Positions 8,185-16,763 of a DNA stretch of 18,425 bases are shown one piece after another. Both the position numbers and the translations under genes were made by a program. The notes beneath the pieces are model-generated. The model was not told where the DNA came from. It was given only the letters and a program-made list of their open reading frames with translations, and made no database searches. Source of the DNA: a virus; UHGV virus genome UHGV-2152132; one strand, written 5' to 3'. Within the stretch, counting starts at the first letter, position 1, and each line of letters begins with the position of its first letter.

Positions 8185-8427
8185 ATGAGCACTGATATTT
8201 CAATTCGTGTACCAAAAGAGATGGCTACGCCTGCAGAGTTCGCGGAATGGGAAGGTATCTCCCGCGGCTCCGTGTATCAAAAAATTCACCATGGTCAGCT
8301 TGCTAAATACATGGTCAAGAAAGAAAAAAACAAAGGCCGCGTAAGCCTGCGTTATTTAATGTACAAAACCGATCAGGTCCGTGAATCCCTCGGTCATTCC
8401 AACTTCCGCGTCATTGTTGGTAAGTAA
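8185..8427 (+). CDS. Apl/Cox-like small HTH protein (excisionase/transcriptional regulator)
   Basis: 80-aa ORF, first gene rightward from the switch region. HTH-like ATPAEFAEWEGISRGSVYQKIHHGQL. GGAG RBS about 10 nt upstream. Confidence 0.5.
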   Translation: MSTDISIRVPKEMATPAEFAEWEGISRGSVYQKIHHGQLAKYMVKKEKNKGRVSLRYLMYKTDQVRESLGHSNFRVIVGK

Positions 8428-8459
8428 GTTCAATTATGAGAACTTTCTAAGGGGGTAGC

Positions 8460-8855
8460 ATGTTTGATTATAAGATTTCCAAACACCCGCATTTTGATGA
8501 AGCCTGTAGAGCTTTTGCACTTCGTCACAATATGGCGAAGCTGGCAGAACGTGCAGGAATGAATGTCCAGACTCTGCGAAACAAACTCAACCCAGATCAA
8601 CCGCATCAGCTCAATGCGCCAGATATCTGGCTACTTACCGATCTGACGGAAGATTCAACGCTGGTAGACGGTTTTCTGGCACAGATTCACTGCCTGCCAT
8701 GTGTACCGATTAATGAGGTGGCAAAAGAGAAACTGCCACATTACGTCATGAGTGCAACCGCAGAGATCGGGCGTGTTGCTGCAGGTGCGGTATCCGTTCC
8801 GACGTTCCTCGTTGCCGCTTCTCCCAAACCAACGTTTAAGAAAATGCAGAGGTAA
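8460..8855 (+). CDS. CII-like phage regulatory protein (186 CII family), possibly C-terminally altered
   Basis: 131-aa ORF. N-terminal MFDYKISKHPHFDEACRAFALRHNMAKLAERAGMNVQTLRNKLNPDQ resembles 186-type CII. AAGGGGG RBS. Gene ends 38 bp before the invertase, where the normal early-region genes are missing. Confidence 0.55.
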   Translation: MFDYKISKHPHFDEACRAFALRHNMAKLAERAGMNVQTLRNKLNPDQPHQLNAPDIWLLTDLTEDSTLVDGFLAQIHCLPCVPINEVAKEKLPHYVMSATAEIGRVAAGAVSVPTFLVAASPKPTFKKMQR

Positions 8856-8899
8856 CAGCTAACTGGCATCATCTCCGGTTTTTATTCAGGGGGATGATC

Positions 8900-9466
8900 A
8901 TGCTTATTGGCTATGTACGCGTGTCAACAAATGACCAGAACACCGATTTGCAACGTAATGCACTGAACTGCGCGGGATGTGAGCAGATTTTTGAGGACAA
9001 AATCAGTGGCACTAAGTCCGACAGACCGGGGCTGAAAAAACTACTCAGGACACTATCGGCAGGAGACACGCTGGTTGTCTGGAAGCTGGACAGGTTGGGG
9101 CGCAGTATGCGGCATCTTGTTACGCTGATAGAAGAGTTGCGCCAGCGTGGTGTGAATTTCAGAAGCCTGACTGACAGTATTGATACCAGTACCCCAATGG
9201 GCCGTTTCTTTTTTCATGTCATGGGTGCCCTGGCTGAAATGGAACGCGAACTGATAGTTGAACGTACCAGGGCAGGGCTGGCTGCAGCTCGTGCCAAAGG
9301 CAGAGTAGGTGGACGCCGTCCTAAGTTGACCACCGAACAGTGGGCACAGATTGGGCGTTTACTCGAGGCCGGAGAATCAAGACAGCGTATTGCACTGATT
9401 TTTGATGTAGGCGTTTCTACCATTTATAGAAAATTTCCGGCAAATAAGATCAATGAATCCCCCTGA
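8900..9466 (+). CDS. Site-specific DNA invertase, Gin/Pin/Cin/Hin family (small serine recombinase)
   Basis: Starts MLIGYVRVSTNDQNTDLQRNAL...GDTLVVWKLDRLGRSM...SPMGRFFFHVMGALAEMERELI, the canonical invertase sequence, with C-terminal HTH. ORF track starts at 8894 (MIM...); ATG 8900 has better spacing from AGGGGG (8888-8893). Confidence 0.92.
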   Translation: MLIGYVRVSTNDQNTDLQRNALNCAGCEQIFEDKISGTKSDRPGLKKLLRTLSAGDTLVVWKLDRLGRSMRHLVTLIEELRQRGVNFRSLTDSIDTSTPMGRFFFHVMGALAEMERELIVERTRAGLAAARAKGRVGGRRPKLTTEQWAQIGRLLEAGESRQRIALIFDVGVSTIYRKFPANKINESP

Positions 9467-9514
9467 ATCAGCATTATGTTGATTATCCCTGCAAGCAGAC
9501 AAATACCGTTATTT

Positions 9515-9532
9515 TGTGTGAATAACGACACA
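9515..9532 (+). promoter_or_regulatory. P2-type late promoter activator site (TGT-N12-ACA dyad) upstream of FI
   Basis: TGT (9515-9517), 12 nt, ACA (9530-9532), inside a near-perfect dyad TTGTGTG...GACACAA, about 85 bp upstream of the FI start. P2-family late promoters carry this Ogr-dependent element near -55. Confidence 0.5.
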
Positions 9533-9608
9533 ACTGCGCTTAGCTGTTTGTCAGGCACAATCACTTCAACATAGGGCGAAGCCTAATCCAATCAGGAGGT
9601 TCGCCACT

Positions 9609-10781
9609 ATGGCTCAGGATTACCACCACGGGGTGCGCGTTGTTGAAGTCAACGAAGGCACCCGATCTATTACCACGGTGAGCACCGCCATCGTGGGTAT
9701 GGTCTGCACGGGCGATGATGCCGATGCAAAAATGTTTCCTCTTAATAAACCCGTGCTGATCACTGATGTGCTGACTGCCAGCGGTAAAGCGGGTGAGTCA
9801 GGTACTCTGGCCCGTTCGCTGGATGCCATCGCTGACCAGGCAAAACCCGTGACCATTGTTGTGCGTGTGCCGCAGGGTGAAACGGAAGACGAAACCACGA
9901 CCAATATCATCGGCGCAGTGACTGCTGAAGGTAAAAAAACAGGTATGAAAGCCCTGTTATCTGCCCAGTCACAGCTCGGCGTTAAACCGCGCATTCTCGG
10001 CGTGCCAGGCCACGACACCAAGGCGGTAGCTACTGAGTTGCTGAGCGTGGCGCAAAGCCTGCGTGGATTTGCTTACCTGTCAGCGTATGGCTGCAAGACA
10101 GTGCAGGAGGCGATCACTTACCGCGAAAACTTCAGCCAGCGCGAAGGGATGCTGATCTGGCCTGACTTTACTGGCTGGGACACGGTGCTGAATGCCGAAG
10201 CAACGGCATATGCCACCGCCCGTGCGCTTGGTCTGCGCGCCAAAATTGACGAGCAGACCGGATGGCACAAAAGCCTGTCCAACGTGGGCGTGAACGGTGT
10301 CACCGGAATTTCTGCAGATGTGTTCTGGGATCTGCAGGACCCGGCAACCGATGCAGGTCTGCTGAACCAGAACGACGTCACCACGCTTGTGCGTAAAGAC
10401 GGTTTCCGCTTCTGGGGTTCCCGCTGCCTGAGTGATGACCCGCTCTTTGCCTTCGAAAACTACACCCGCACGGCGCAGGTGCTGATGGACACGATGGCAG
10501 AAGCACACATGTGGGCGGTGGATAAACCGCTTAACCCGTCGCTGGCCCGCGACATTATCGAAGGTATCCGCGCCAAAATGCGCAGCCTGGTCAGTCAGGG
10601 CTATCTCATTGGTGGTGATTGCTGGCTGGATGAGTCGGTGAACGACAAAGACACGCTGAAAGCCGGAAAACTCACCATCGACTACGACTACACGCCAGTG
10701 CCGCCACTTGAAAACCTGATGCTGCGTCAGCGCATCACCGATCAGTACCTGGTGAATTTCGCCAGCCAGGTCAGCGCGTAA
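9609..10781 (+). CDS. FI: Contractile tail sheath protein (P2 gpFI homolog)
   Basis: 390-aa ORF starting [40 protein letters not shown], typical gpFI N-terminus. CAGGAGG RBS. Followed by FII-E-T-U-D in P2 order. Confidence 0.9.
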   Translation: MAQDYHHGVRVVEVNEGTRSITTVSTAIVGMVCTGDDADAKMFPLNKPVLITDVLTASGKAGESGTLARSLDAIADQAKPVTIVVRVPQGETEDETTTNIIGAVTAEGKKTGMKALLSAQSQLGVKPRILGVPGHDTKAVATELLSVAQSLRGFAYLSAYGCKTVQEAITYRENFSQREGMLIWPDFTGWDTVLNAEATAYATARALGLRAKIDEQTGWHKSLSNVGVNGVTGISADVFWDLQDPATDAGLLNQNDVTTLVRKDGFRFWGSRCLSDDPLFAFENYTRTAQVLMDTMAEAHMWAVDKPLNPSLARDIIEGIRAKMRSLVSQGYLIGGDCWLDESVNDKDTLKAGKLTIDYDYTPVPPLENLMLRQRITDQYLVNFASQVSA

Positions 10782-10790
10782 GGGGACAAC

Positions 10791-11306
10791 ATGGCTTTAC
10801 CACGCAAATTAAAACACCTGAACCTGTTTAACGACGGGAACAACTGGCAGGGGATCGTTGAATCGCTGACGCTGCCGAAATTTACCCGCAAATATGAGAA
10901 GTATCGCGGCGGCGGAATGCCGGGTGCGGTGGATGTGGATCTGGGGCTTGATGACAGTGCGCTGGACACAGAATTTTCCATTGGTGGTACTGAATTGCTG
11001 CTGTTTAAACAGATGGGTAAAGCCACGGTGGATGGCATCCAGCTGCGCTTTACCGGCTCTATTCAGCGTGACGATACCGGGGAAGTGCAGGCCGTGGAGC
11101 TTGTCGTGCGTGGACGTCACAAAGAAGTGGATTCCGGCGAGTGGAAGACGGGCGAAAGCAACACCACCAAAGTGACCAGTACCAACAGCTACGCGAAGCT
11201 GACCATCAATGGTGAGGTGCTCTATGAAGTGGACCTTATCAACATGGTGGAAATTGTGGACGGTGTGGACCTGATGGAAGCGCACCGCAACGCCCTCGGC
11301 CTCTGA
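10791..11306 (+). CDS. FII: Tail tube protein (P2 gpFII homolog)
   Basis: 171-aa ORF, MALPRKLKHLNLFNDGNNWQG...RFTGSIQRDDTGE, immediately after FI. Confidence 0.9.
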   Translation: MALPRKLKHLNLFNDGNNWQGIVESLTLPKFTRKYEKYRGGGMPGAVDVDLGLDDSALDTEFSIGGTELLLFKQMGKATVDGIQLRFTGSIQRDDTGEVQAVELVVRGRHKEVDSGEWKTGESNTTKVTSTNSYAKLTINGEVLYEVDLINMVEIVDGVDLMEAHRNALGL

Positions 11307-11360
11307 TATATCTGAACGGCGCGGGATACCGCGCCAGAACCCAATTGACAGGACAGCAAA

Positions 11361-11663
11361 ATGAGCGATAAGCAGACTGAAAAGACCATTCAACTGGATA
11401 CCCCCATCAAGCGCGGTAAAACAGAAATCACCGAAATTGTGCTGCGTAAACCGCAGTCCGGTGCGCTGCGCGGTACACGCCTGCAGGCCATTATGGATAT
11501 GGATGTAAACGCGATGATGACCGTGATCCCCCGCATCTCCAGTCCGGCACTGACTGCACAGGAAATTGCAGAGATGGACCCGGCAGATCTCACTGCCATG
11601 TCGGTTGAGGTTGTCACTTTTTTGTTGAAGAAGTCGGTGCTTGCCGGTTTACCGACAGCCTGA
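11361..11663 (+). CDS. E: Tail assembly chaperone gpE (unshifted product)
   Basis: 100-aa ORF between FII and T. Contains the slippery heptamer T TTT TTG near its 3' end. Confidence 0.8.
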   Translation: MSDKQTEKTIQLDTPIKRGKTEITEIVLRKPQSGALRGTRLQAIMDMDVNAMMTVIPRISSPALTAQEIAEMDPADLTAMSVEVVTFLLKKSVLAGLPTA

Positions 11664-11797
11664 CGGTTGACGATCTGGTGGCAGATATCGCCACCATTTT
11701 TCACTGGCCGCCATCCGTTACTGACGTTATGCCGCTGACCGAAGTGCTGGAATGGCGGTATAAAGCGATTCAGAGAAGCGGGGCCAACGATGAGTGA
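11361..11797 (+). CDS. Tail assembly chaperone E+E' (predicted -1 programmed frameshift product)
   Basis: Slippery site TTTTTTG at about 11618-11624. The -1 frame is open from there to TGA at 11795-11797, giving an extension ...DDLVADIATIFHWPPSVTDVMPLTEVLEWRYKAIQRSGANDE that overlaps the T start by 8 nt. Confidence 0.6.
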
Positions 11798-14700
11798 TAA
11801 CAACCTGCGTCTGCAGGTCATTCTTAATGCGGTTGACAAGCTCACCCGCCCATTTCGATCTGCGCAGGCCAGTTCAAGAGAACTGGCTGCTGCTGTCAAA
11901 AAATCCCGCGATGCAATAAAGCAGCTTGATCAGGCCGGGAGCAGTCTGGACAGCTTCCGAAAGCTGCAGGCAGAAAATCAGAAATTAGGCGACAGGCTGA
12001 ACTATGCCCGCCAGCGTGCAAATTTGCTCAGTCAGGAACTGGGAGCGATGGGGCCGCCTTCGCAACGTCAGGTTGTTGCTCTGGGCCGTCAACGGCTGGC
12101 TGTTCAGCGCCTGGAAGAACGCCAGAAAAAGCTGCAGCAGCAGACGGCGCTTGTGCGTGCTGAACTGTACCGGGCGGGAATTTCTGCGAAAGACGATGCG
12201 GGAGCAACTGCCCGTTTAGCCCGTGAAACATCACGTTATAACCAGGAACTTTCGAAACAGGAGGCGCGGCTGAAGCGACTGGGGGAAGCTCAGCGCAGGA
12301 TGAATGCAGCGCGTGCCAGTTATGCCCGTTCGCTGGAGGTGCGTGATCGTATTGCAGGTGCCGGAGCCACCACCACGGCTGCAGGGCTGGCAATGGGTGC
12401 GCCAGTGATGGCGGCAGTAAAAAGCTATACCAGCATGGAAGATGCCATGAAAGGTGTGGCAAAGCAGGTCAATGGTCTGCGTGACGATAATGGCAACCGC
12501 ACTGCACGTTTTTATGAAATGCAGGATGCCATCAAGGCTGCCAGCGAACAGTTGCCGATGGAAAACGGTGCGGTGGACTTCGCTGCACTGGTTGAAGGTG
12601 GTGCGCGCATGAACGTCGCAAACCCTGACGACAGCTGGGAAGATCAGAAACGTGACCTGCTGGCCTTCGCCAGTACGGCAGCAAAGGCGGCAACAGCCTT
12701 TGAGCTGCCAGCGGATGAACTGTCAGAAAGTCTGGGGAAAATCGCCCAGCTCTACAAAATCCCCACCCGCAATATTGAACAGCTCGGTGATGCGCTGAAC
12801 TATCTGGATGATAACGCCATGTCGAAAGGGGCAGACATCATTGATGTGATGCAACGTCTGGGCGGTGTGGCTGACCGTCTGGATTATCGTAAAGCGGCGG
12901 CGCTGGGTTCCACCTTCCTGACACTGGGCGCTGCGCCAGAGGTTGCAGCCAGTGCAGCAAACGCGATGGTGCGTGAATTGTCCATTGCCACCATGCAAAG
13001 CAAGAGTTTCTTTGAAGGGATGAATCTGCTGAAACTCAATCCTGAAGTGATTGAAAAGCAGATGACGAAGGATGCGATGGGAACCATCCAGCGCGTGCTG
13101 GAGAAGGTAAACGCGCTGCCGCAGGACAAGCGCCTGTCTGCCATGACTATGTTGTTTGGTAAAGAGTTTGGCGATGACGCGGCGAAACTGGCAAACAACC
13201 TGCCGGAACTGCAGCGTCAGTTAAAACTGACAGCGGGCAATGATGCGCTTGGCTCCATGCAAAAAGAATCCGACATTAACAAGGATTCACTTTCTGCGCA
13301 GTGGTTGCTGGTCAAAACCGGAGCGCAGAACACCTTCAGCAGCCTGGGCGAAACGCTGCGCCAGCCGCTGATGGATATTCTGTACACGGTGAAAAGCGTC
13401 ACGGGGGCGTTGCGTCGCTGGGTGGAAGCTAACCCGGAACTGACAGGCACACTGATGAAAGCATCGGCTGTTGTGGCTGCGGTTACCGTCGGCCTCGGCA
13501 CCTTAGCGGTGGCGCTGGCTGCAGTGCTGGGGCCGCTGGCAGTGATCCGTCTGGGATTCTCTGTGTTGGGTATCAAAACGTTATCTTCCGTTACGGCAGC
13601 AGTAACTCGAACCAGCAGCGCGTTGTCCTGGCTGGCTGGCGCACCACTGGCACTGCTGCGACGCGGGCTTGCTTCATCGGGCAACGCCGCAGGTTTACTT
13701 ACTGCGCCGTTGTCGTCTTTGCGCCGCACGGCATCACTGACGGGAAATGTCCTGAAAACTGTAGCAGGTGCGCCGGTTGCACTTTTGCGGTCTGGATTAT
13801 CCGGTTTACGTGCTGTTGCTGTGATGTTTATGAATCCTCTGGCGGTACTGCGCGGTGGACTGGCCGCCGCAGGCACGGTGCTGCGAGTACTGGCATCTGG
13901 TCCACTGGCGATGCTGCGCGTTGCCCTGTATGCCATATCTGGTCTGTTAGGTGCTCTGCTCAGTCCGATAGGTCTTGTGGTTACTGCACTGGCGGGCGTG
14001 GCGCTGGTTGTCTGGAAATACTGGCAACCCATCACCGCATTTCTCGGTGGCGTGGTGGAAGGATTCAAAGCGGCGGCAGGTCCCATCAGTGCAGCGTTCG
14101 AACCGCTTAAGCCCGTGTTCCAGTGGATTGGCGACAAAGTGCAGGCGCTGTGGGGCTGGTTTACTGATCTGCTGACGCCCGTTAAGTCGACCTCTGCCGA
14201 ACTGCAGAGCGCAGCGGCAATGGGGCGGCGATTCGGGGAGGCACTGGCGGAAGGGCTGAATATGGTCATGCATCCGCTGGACTCCCTGAAATCCGGCGTT
14301 TCCTGGTTGCTGGAGAAGCTCGGCATTGTCAGTAAAGAGGCCGCAAAGGCAAAACTGCCGGAAAGCGTGACGCGTCAGCAACCTGCGACGGTGAATGCAG
14401 ACGGTAAAGTGATGATGCCATCGGGTGGTTTTCCATCATGGGGATATGGCTTTGCGGGGATGTATGACAGCGGCGGGTATATCCCGCGCGGGCAGTTTGG
14501 CATCGTCGGTGAAAACGGGCCGGAAATTGTTAACGGCCCGGCAAATGTGACCAGCCGGAGAAATACAGCTGCACTGGCTGCCGTTGTTGCCGGAATGATG
14601 GGCGTTGCTGCCGCGCCAGCAGAGCTTCCACCGTTGCACCCCTTGGCACTTCCCGCGAAAGGTGGAGAAGCAATTGTGAGTCGCGCAGCCACTGTGCCAC

Positions 14701-14867
14701 TCGTTCAACGGATTGAGGCACCGACGCAGATCATCATTCAGACGCAGCCAGGACAAAGTGCGCAGGATATTGCGCGGGAGGTGGCACGCCAGCTTGATGA
14801 ACGTGAACGCAGGCTGAAGGCAAAAGCCAGGAGTAACTACAGCGATCAGGGGGGATACGACGCATGA
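11790..14867 (+). CDS. T: Tail tape measure protein (P2 gpT homolog)
   Basis: 1025-aa ORF in the expected position. N-terminal coiled-coil-like region, central Ala/Gly/Leu-rich hydrophobic region with tandem PLAxLRxGL-type repeats, C-terminal Gly-rich region. Confidence 0.9.
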   Translation: MSDNNLRLQVILNAVDKLTRPFRSAQASSRELAAAVKKSRDAIKQLDQAGSSLDSFRKLQAENQKLGDRLNYARQRANLLSQELGAMGPPSQRQVVALGRQRLAVQRLEERQKKLQQQTALVRAELYRAGISAKDDAGATARLARETSRYNQELSKQEARLKRLGEAQRRMNAARASYARSLEVRDRIAGAGATTTAAGLAMGAPVMAAVKSYTSMEDAMKGVAKQVNGLRDDNGNRTARFYEMQDAIKAASEQLPMENGAVDFAALVEGGARMNVANPDDSWEDQKRDLLAFASTAAKAATAFELPADELSESLGKIAQLYKIPTRNIEQLGDALNYLDDNAMSKGADIIDVMQRLGGVADRLDYRKAAALGSTFLTLGAAPEVAASAANAMVRELSIATMQSKSFFEGMNLLKLNPEVIEKQMTKDAMGTIQRVLEKVNALPQDKRLSAMTMLFGKEFGDDAAKLANNLPELQRQLKLTAGNDALGSMQKESDINKDSLSAQWLLVKTGAQNTFSSLGETLRQPLMDILYTVKSVTGALRRWVEANPELTGTLMKASAVVAAVTVGLGTLAVALAAVLGPLAVIRLGFSVLGIKTLSSVTAAVTRTSSALSWLAGAPLALLRRGLASSGNAAGLLTAPLSSLRRTASLTGNVLKTVAGAPVALLRSGLSGLRAVAVMFMNPLAVLRGGLAAAGTVLRVLASGPLAMLRVALYAISGLLGALLSPIGLVVTALAGVALVVWKYWQPITAFLGGVVEGFKAAAGPISAAFEPLKPVFQWIGDKVQALWGWFTDLLTPVKSTSAELQSAAAMGRRFGEALAEGLNMVMHPLDSLKSGVSWLLEKLGIVSKEAAKAKLPESVTRQQPATVNADGKVMMPSGGFPSWGYGFAGMYDSGGYIPRGQFGIVGENGPEIVNGPANVTSRRNTAALAAVVAGMMGVAAAPAELPPLHPLALPAKGGEAIVSRAATVPLVQRIEAPTQIIIQTQPGQSAQDIAREVARQLDERERRLKAKARSNYSDQGGYDA

Positions 14868-15349
14868 TGATGGTGCTGGGATTGTACGTGTTTATGCTGC
14901 GCACCGTTCCGTATCAGGAACTGCAGTATCAACGCAGCTGGCGACATGCGGCAAACAGTCGGGTAAACCGACGTCCGTCCACGCAGTTTCTGGGACCGGA
15001 AAACGACATGCTGACGCTTTCCGGTGTTCTTATGCCGGAAATAACAGGCGGCAGGCTGTCGTTGCTGGCACTGGAGCAGATGGCAGAACAGGGGAAAGCA
15101 TGGCCCCTGATTGAAGGCAGCGGCACGATTTACGGCATGTATGTGATTGAGGGACTGAATCAGACTAAAACGGAGTTTTTCCGCGACGGTATGCCGCGCC
15201 GGATTGAGTTCACCCTGTCGCTCAAACGAGTGGATGAATCCCTGTCCGATATGTTCGGTGATCTCAGTGCGCAACTGAATAATCTGCAGGACACGGCAAC
15301 GTCTGCCTTAAGCGATATCAGTAAAACGGTGGGAGGGCTGCTGTCGTGA
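14864..15349 (+). CDS. U: Tail protein gpU homolog
   Basis: 161-aa ORF, MMMVLGLYVFMLRTVPYQELQYQRSWRH..., ATGA-type overlap with the T stop. Confidence 0.88.
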   Translation: MMMVLGLYVFMLRTVPYQELQYQRSWRHAANSRVNRRPSTQFLGPENDMLTLSGVLMPEITGGRLSLLALEQMAEQGKAWPLIEGSGTIYGMYVIEGLNQTKTEFFRDGMPRRIEFTLSLKRVDESLSDMFGDLSAQLNNLQDTATSALSDISKTVGGLLS

Positions 15350-16446
15350 ATTTCAGCTCTGAACTGCTTAACAAAGGCAACAAAACTCCCGCATTCAGCA
15401 TCAGTATTGAGGGCAGGGATATCACCACTGTGCTGGATAACCGCCTGATGAGTTTGACGCTGACGGATAACCGGGGCTTTGAAGCGGACCAGCTTGATCT
15501 GGAGCTGGATGACGCTGACGGAAAAATCGTGCTGCCGCGCCGTGGTGCGGTTATTACGCTGGCGCTGGGCTGGAAGGGGCAGCCGCTTTTCCCGAAAGGG
15601 GCATTCACAGTGGACGAGATTGAACACACTGGCGCACCGGACCGCCTGACTATCCGGGCGCGAAGTGCTGATTTTCGGGAAACGCTGAATACCCGCCGTG
15701 AAAAATCGTGGCATAAGACCACCGTCGGGGAAGTGGTGAAGGAAATAGCCGCGCGGCACAAGCTGAAGATGGCCCTGGGTAAAGACCTGTCGGATAAGCC
15801 CGTGGAGCATATAGACCAGACTAATGAGAGTGACGGCAGTTTTCTGATGCGGCTGGCGCGACAGTACGGTGCCATCGCGTCGGTGAAAAATGGCAATCTG
15901 TTATTCATCCGGCAGGGGCAGGGCAAAAGCGCCACTGGTAAACCTCTGCCAGTGATCACTATCACACGCAAGGACGGCGACAGTCACCGATTTACCCTGG
16001 CAGATCGCGGAGCCTACACGGGCGTAATTGCCAGCTGGTTGCATACCCGCGAACCTGCGAAGAAAGAAAGCACCACGGTGAAGCGTAAGCGCAGAACTAA
16101 GAAGCAGAAGAAAGAGCCGGAAGCGAAGCAGGGCGATTACCTGGTGGGTACGGATGAAAACGTGCTGGTACTTAATCGCACTTATGCCAACCGGAGCAAC
16201 GCTGAACGGGCAGCGAAAATGCAGTGGGAACGCCTGCAACGCGGCGTTGCGTCATTCTCGCTACAACTGGCGGAAGGGCGGGCAGATCTTTACACGGAAA
16301 TGCCAGTGAAAGTTAGTGGCTTTAAACAACCGATAGATGATGCGGAATGGACCATTACGACTCTGACTCATACCGTCAGCCCGGATAATGGTTTTACGAC
16401 CAGTATTGAACTCGAAGTGAAGATTGATGATCTTGAAATGGAATAA
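15346..16446 (+). CDS. D: Tail protein gpD homolog (late gene D)
   Basis: 366-aa ORF following U with a 4-nt overlap, matching P2 gene order. Confidence 0.88.
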   Translation: MNFSSELLNKGNKTPAFSISIEGRDITTVLDNRLMSLTLTDNRGFEADQLDLELDDADGKIVLPRRGAVITLALGWKGQPLFPKGAFTVDEIEHTGAPDRLTIRARSADFRETLNTRREKSWHKTTVGEVVKEIAARHKLKMALGKDLSDKPVEHIDQTNESDGSFLMRLARQYGAIASVKNGNLLFIRQGQGKSATGKPLPVITITRKDGDSHRFTLADRGAYTGVIASWLHTREPAKKESTTVKRKRRTKKQKKEPEAKQGDYLVGTDENVLVLNRTYANRSNAERAAKMQWERLQRGVASFSLQLAEGRADLYTEMPVKVSGFKQPIDDAEWTITTLTHTVSPDNGFTTSIELEVKIDDLEME

Positions 16447-16514
16447 AGTGTTCTCAATATTGATATTTTGTGTATCATTACAATGATTCTGATAGCAAAG
16501 GTAGGGATCTGGAT

Positions 16515-16733
16515 ATGATGAATTGTCCAAAGTGTGGTCATGCGGCACACACAAGGAGCAGTTTTCAAGTAACTGAAAGCACCAAAGAGCGTTACTGCCA
16601 GTGCCAAAATATTAACTGCGGGAGCACTTTTGTTACCCATGAAACAGTGGTCCGGTTTATTGTGACACCCGCACTGATTGCTACTGCTCCTCCACATCCA
16701 TTGCCAGGTGGTCAGGGGCATATGAATTTTTGA
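16515..16733 (+). CDS. ogr: Ogr/Delta-family zinc-finger late transcription activator
   Basis: MNCPKCGHAAHTRSSFQVTESTKERYCQCQNINCGSTFVTHETVVRFIVTP, with the four-Cys C-x2-C ... C-x4-C arrangement of P2 Ogr. ORF track starts at 16470; the ATG at 16515 (MMNCPKC) fits Ogr length. Confidence 0.85.
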   Translation: MMNCPKCGHAAHTRSSFQVTESTKERYCQCQNINCGSTFVTHETVVRFIVTPALIATAPPHPLPGGQGHMNF

Positions 16734-16741
16734 GAAAGAGA

Positions 16742-16763
16742 ACCTGCTACGGCAGGTTTTTAT
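16742..16763 (+). terminator. Rho-independent terminator after ogr
   Basis: Stem ACCTGC (16742-16747) / GCAGGT (16752-16757), 4-nt loop, followed by TTTTTAT on the plus strand. Confidence 0.6.

Noticed and set aside
9620-11393. Antisense ORFs over the FI/FII genes (9620..10021, 10080..10508, 10809..11393, 10742..11038)
   Set aside because: They overlap strongly supported tail sheath and tube genes on the opposite strand. Low-complexity translations; no independent support.
11899-14867. Numerous long ORFs antisense to or out of frame within the tape measure gene (for example 13217..14326 at 369 aa, 12028..12462, 13947..14381, 14375..14756)
   Set aside because: They lie entirely inside a well-supported 1025-aa tail gene in a GC-rich repetitive region. 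Their products are low-complexity (Ala/Pro/Ser/Arg-rich) with no start context, so they are treated as artefacts.
15160-16239. Minus-strand ORFs of 216, 217 and 112 aa overlapping gpU/gpD
   Set aside because: Antisense to conserved P2 late genes in a compact operon. Cys/Arg/Ser-rich products typical of spurious reading of GC-rich DNA.
16470-16514. Upstream extension of ogr to ATG 16470 (MYHYNDSDSKGRDLD...)
   Set aside because: Ogr-family proteins begin at the zinc-finger region. The ATG at 16515 gives the expected length, and the upstream part lies in the promoter-like D-ogr gap.
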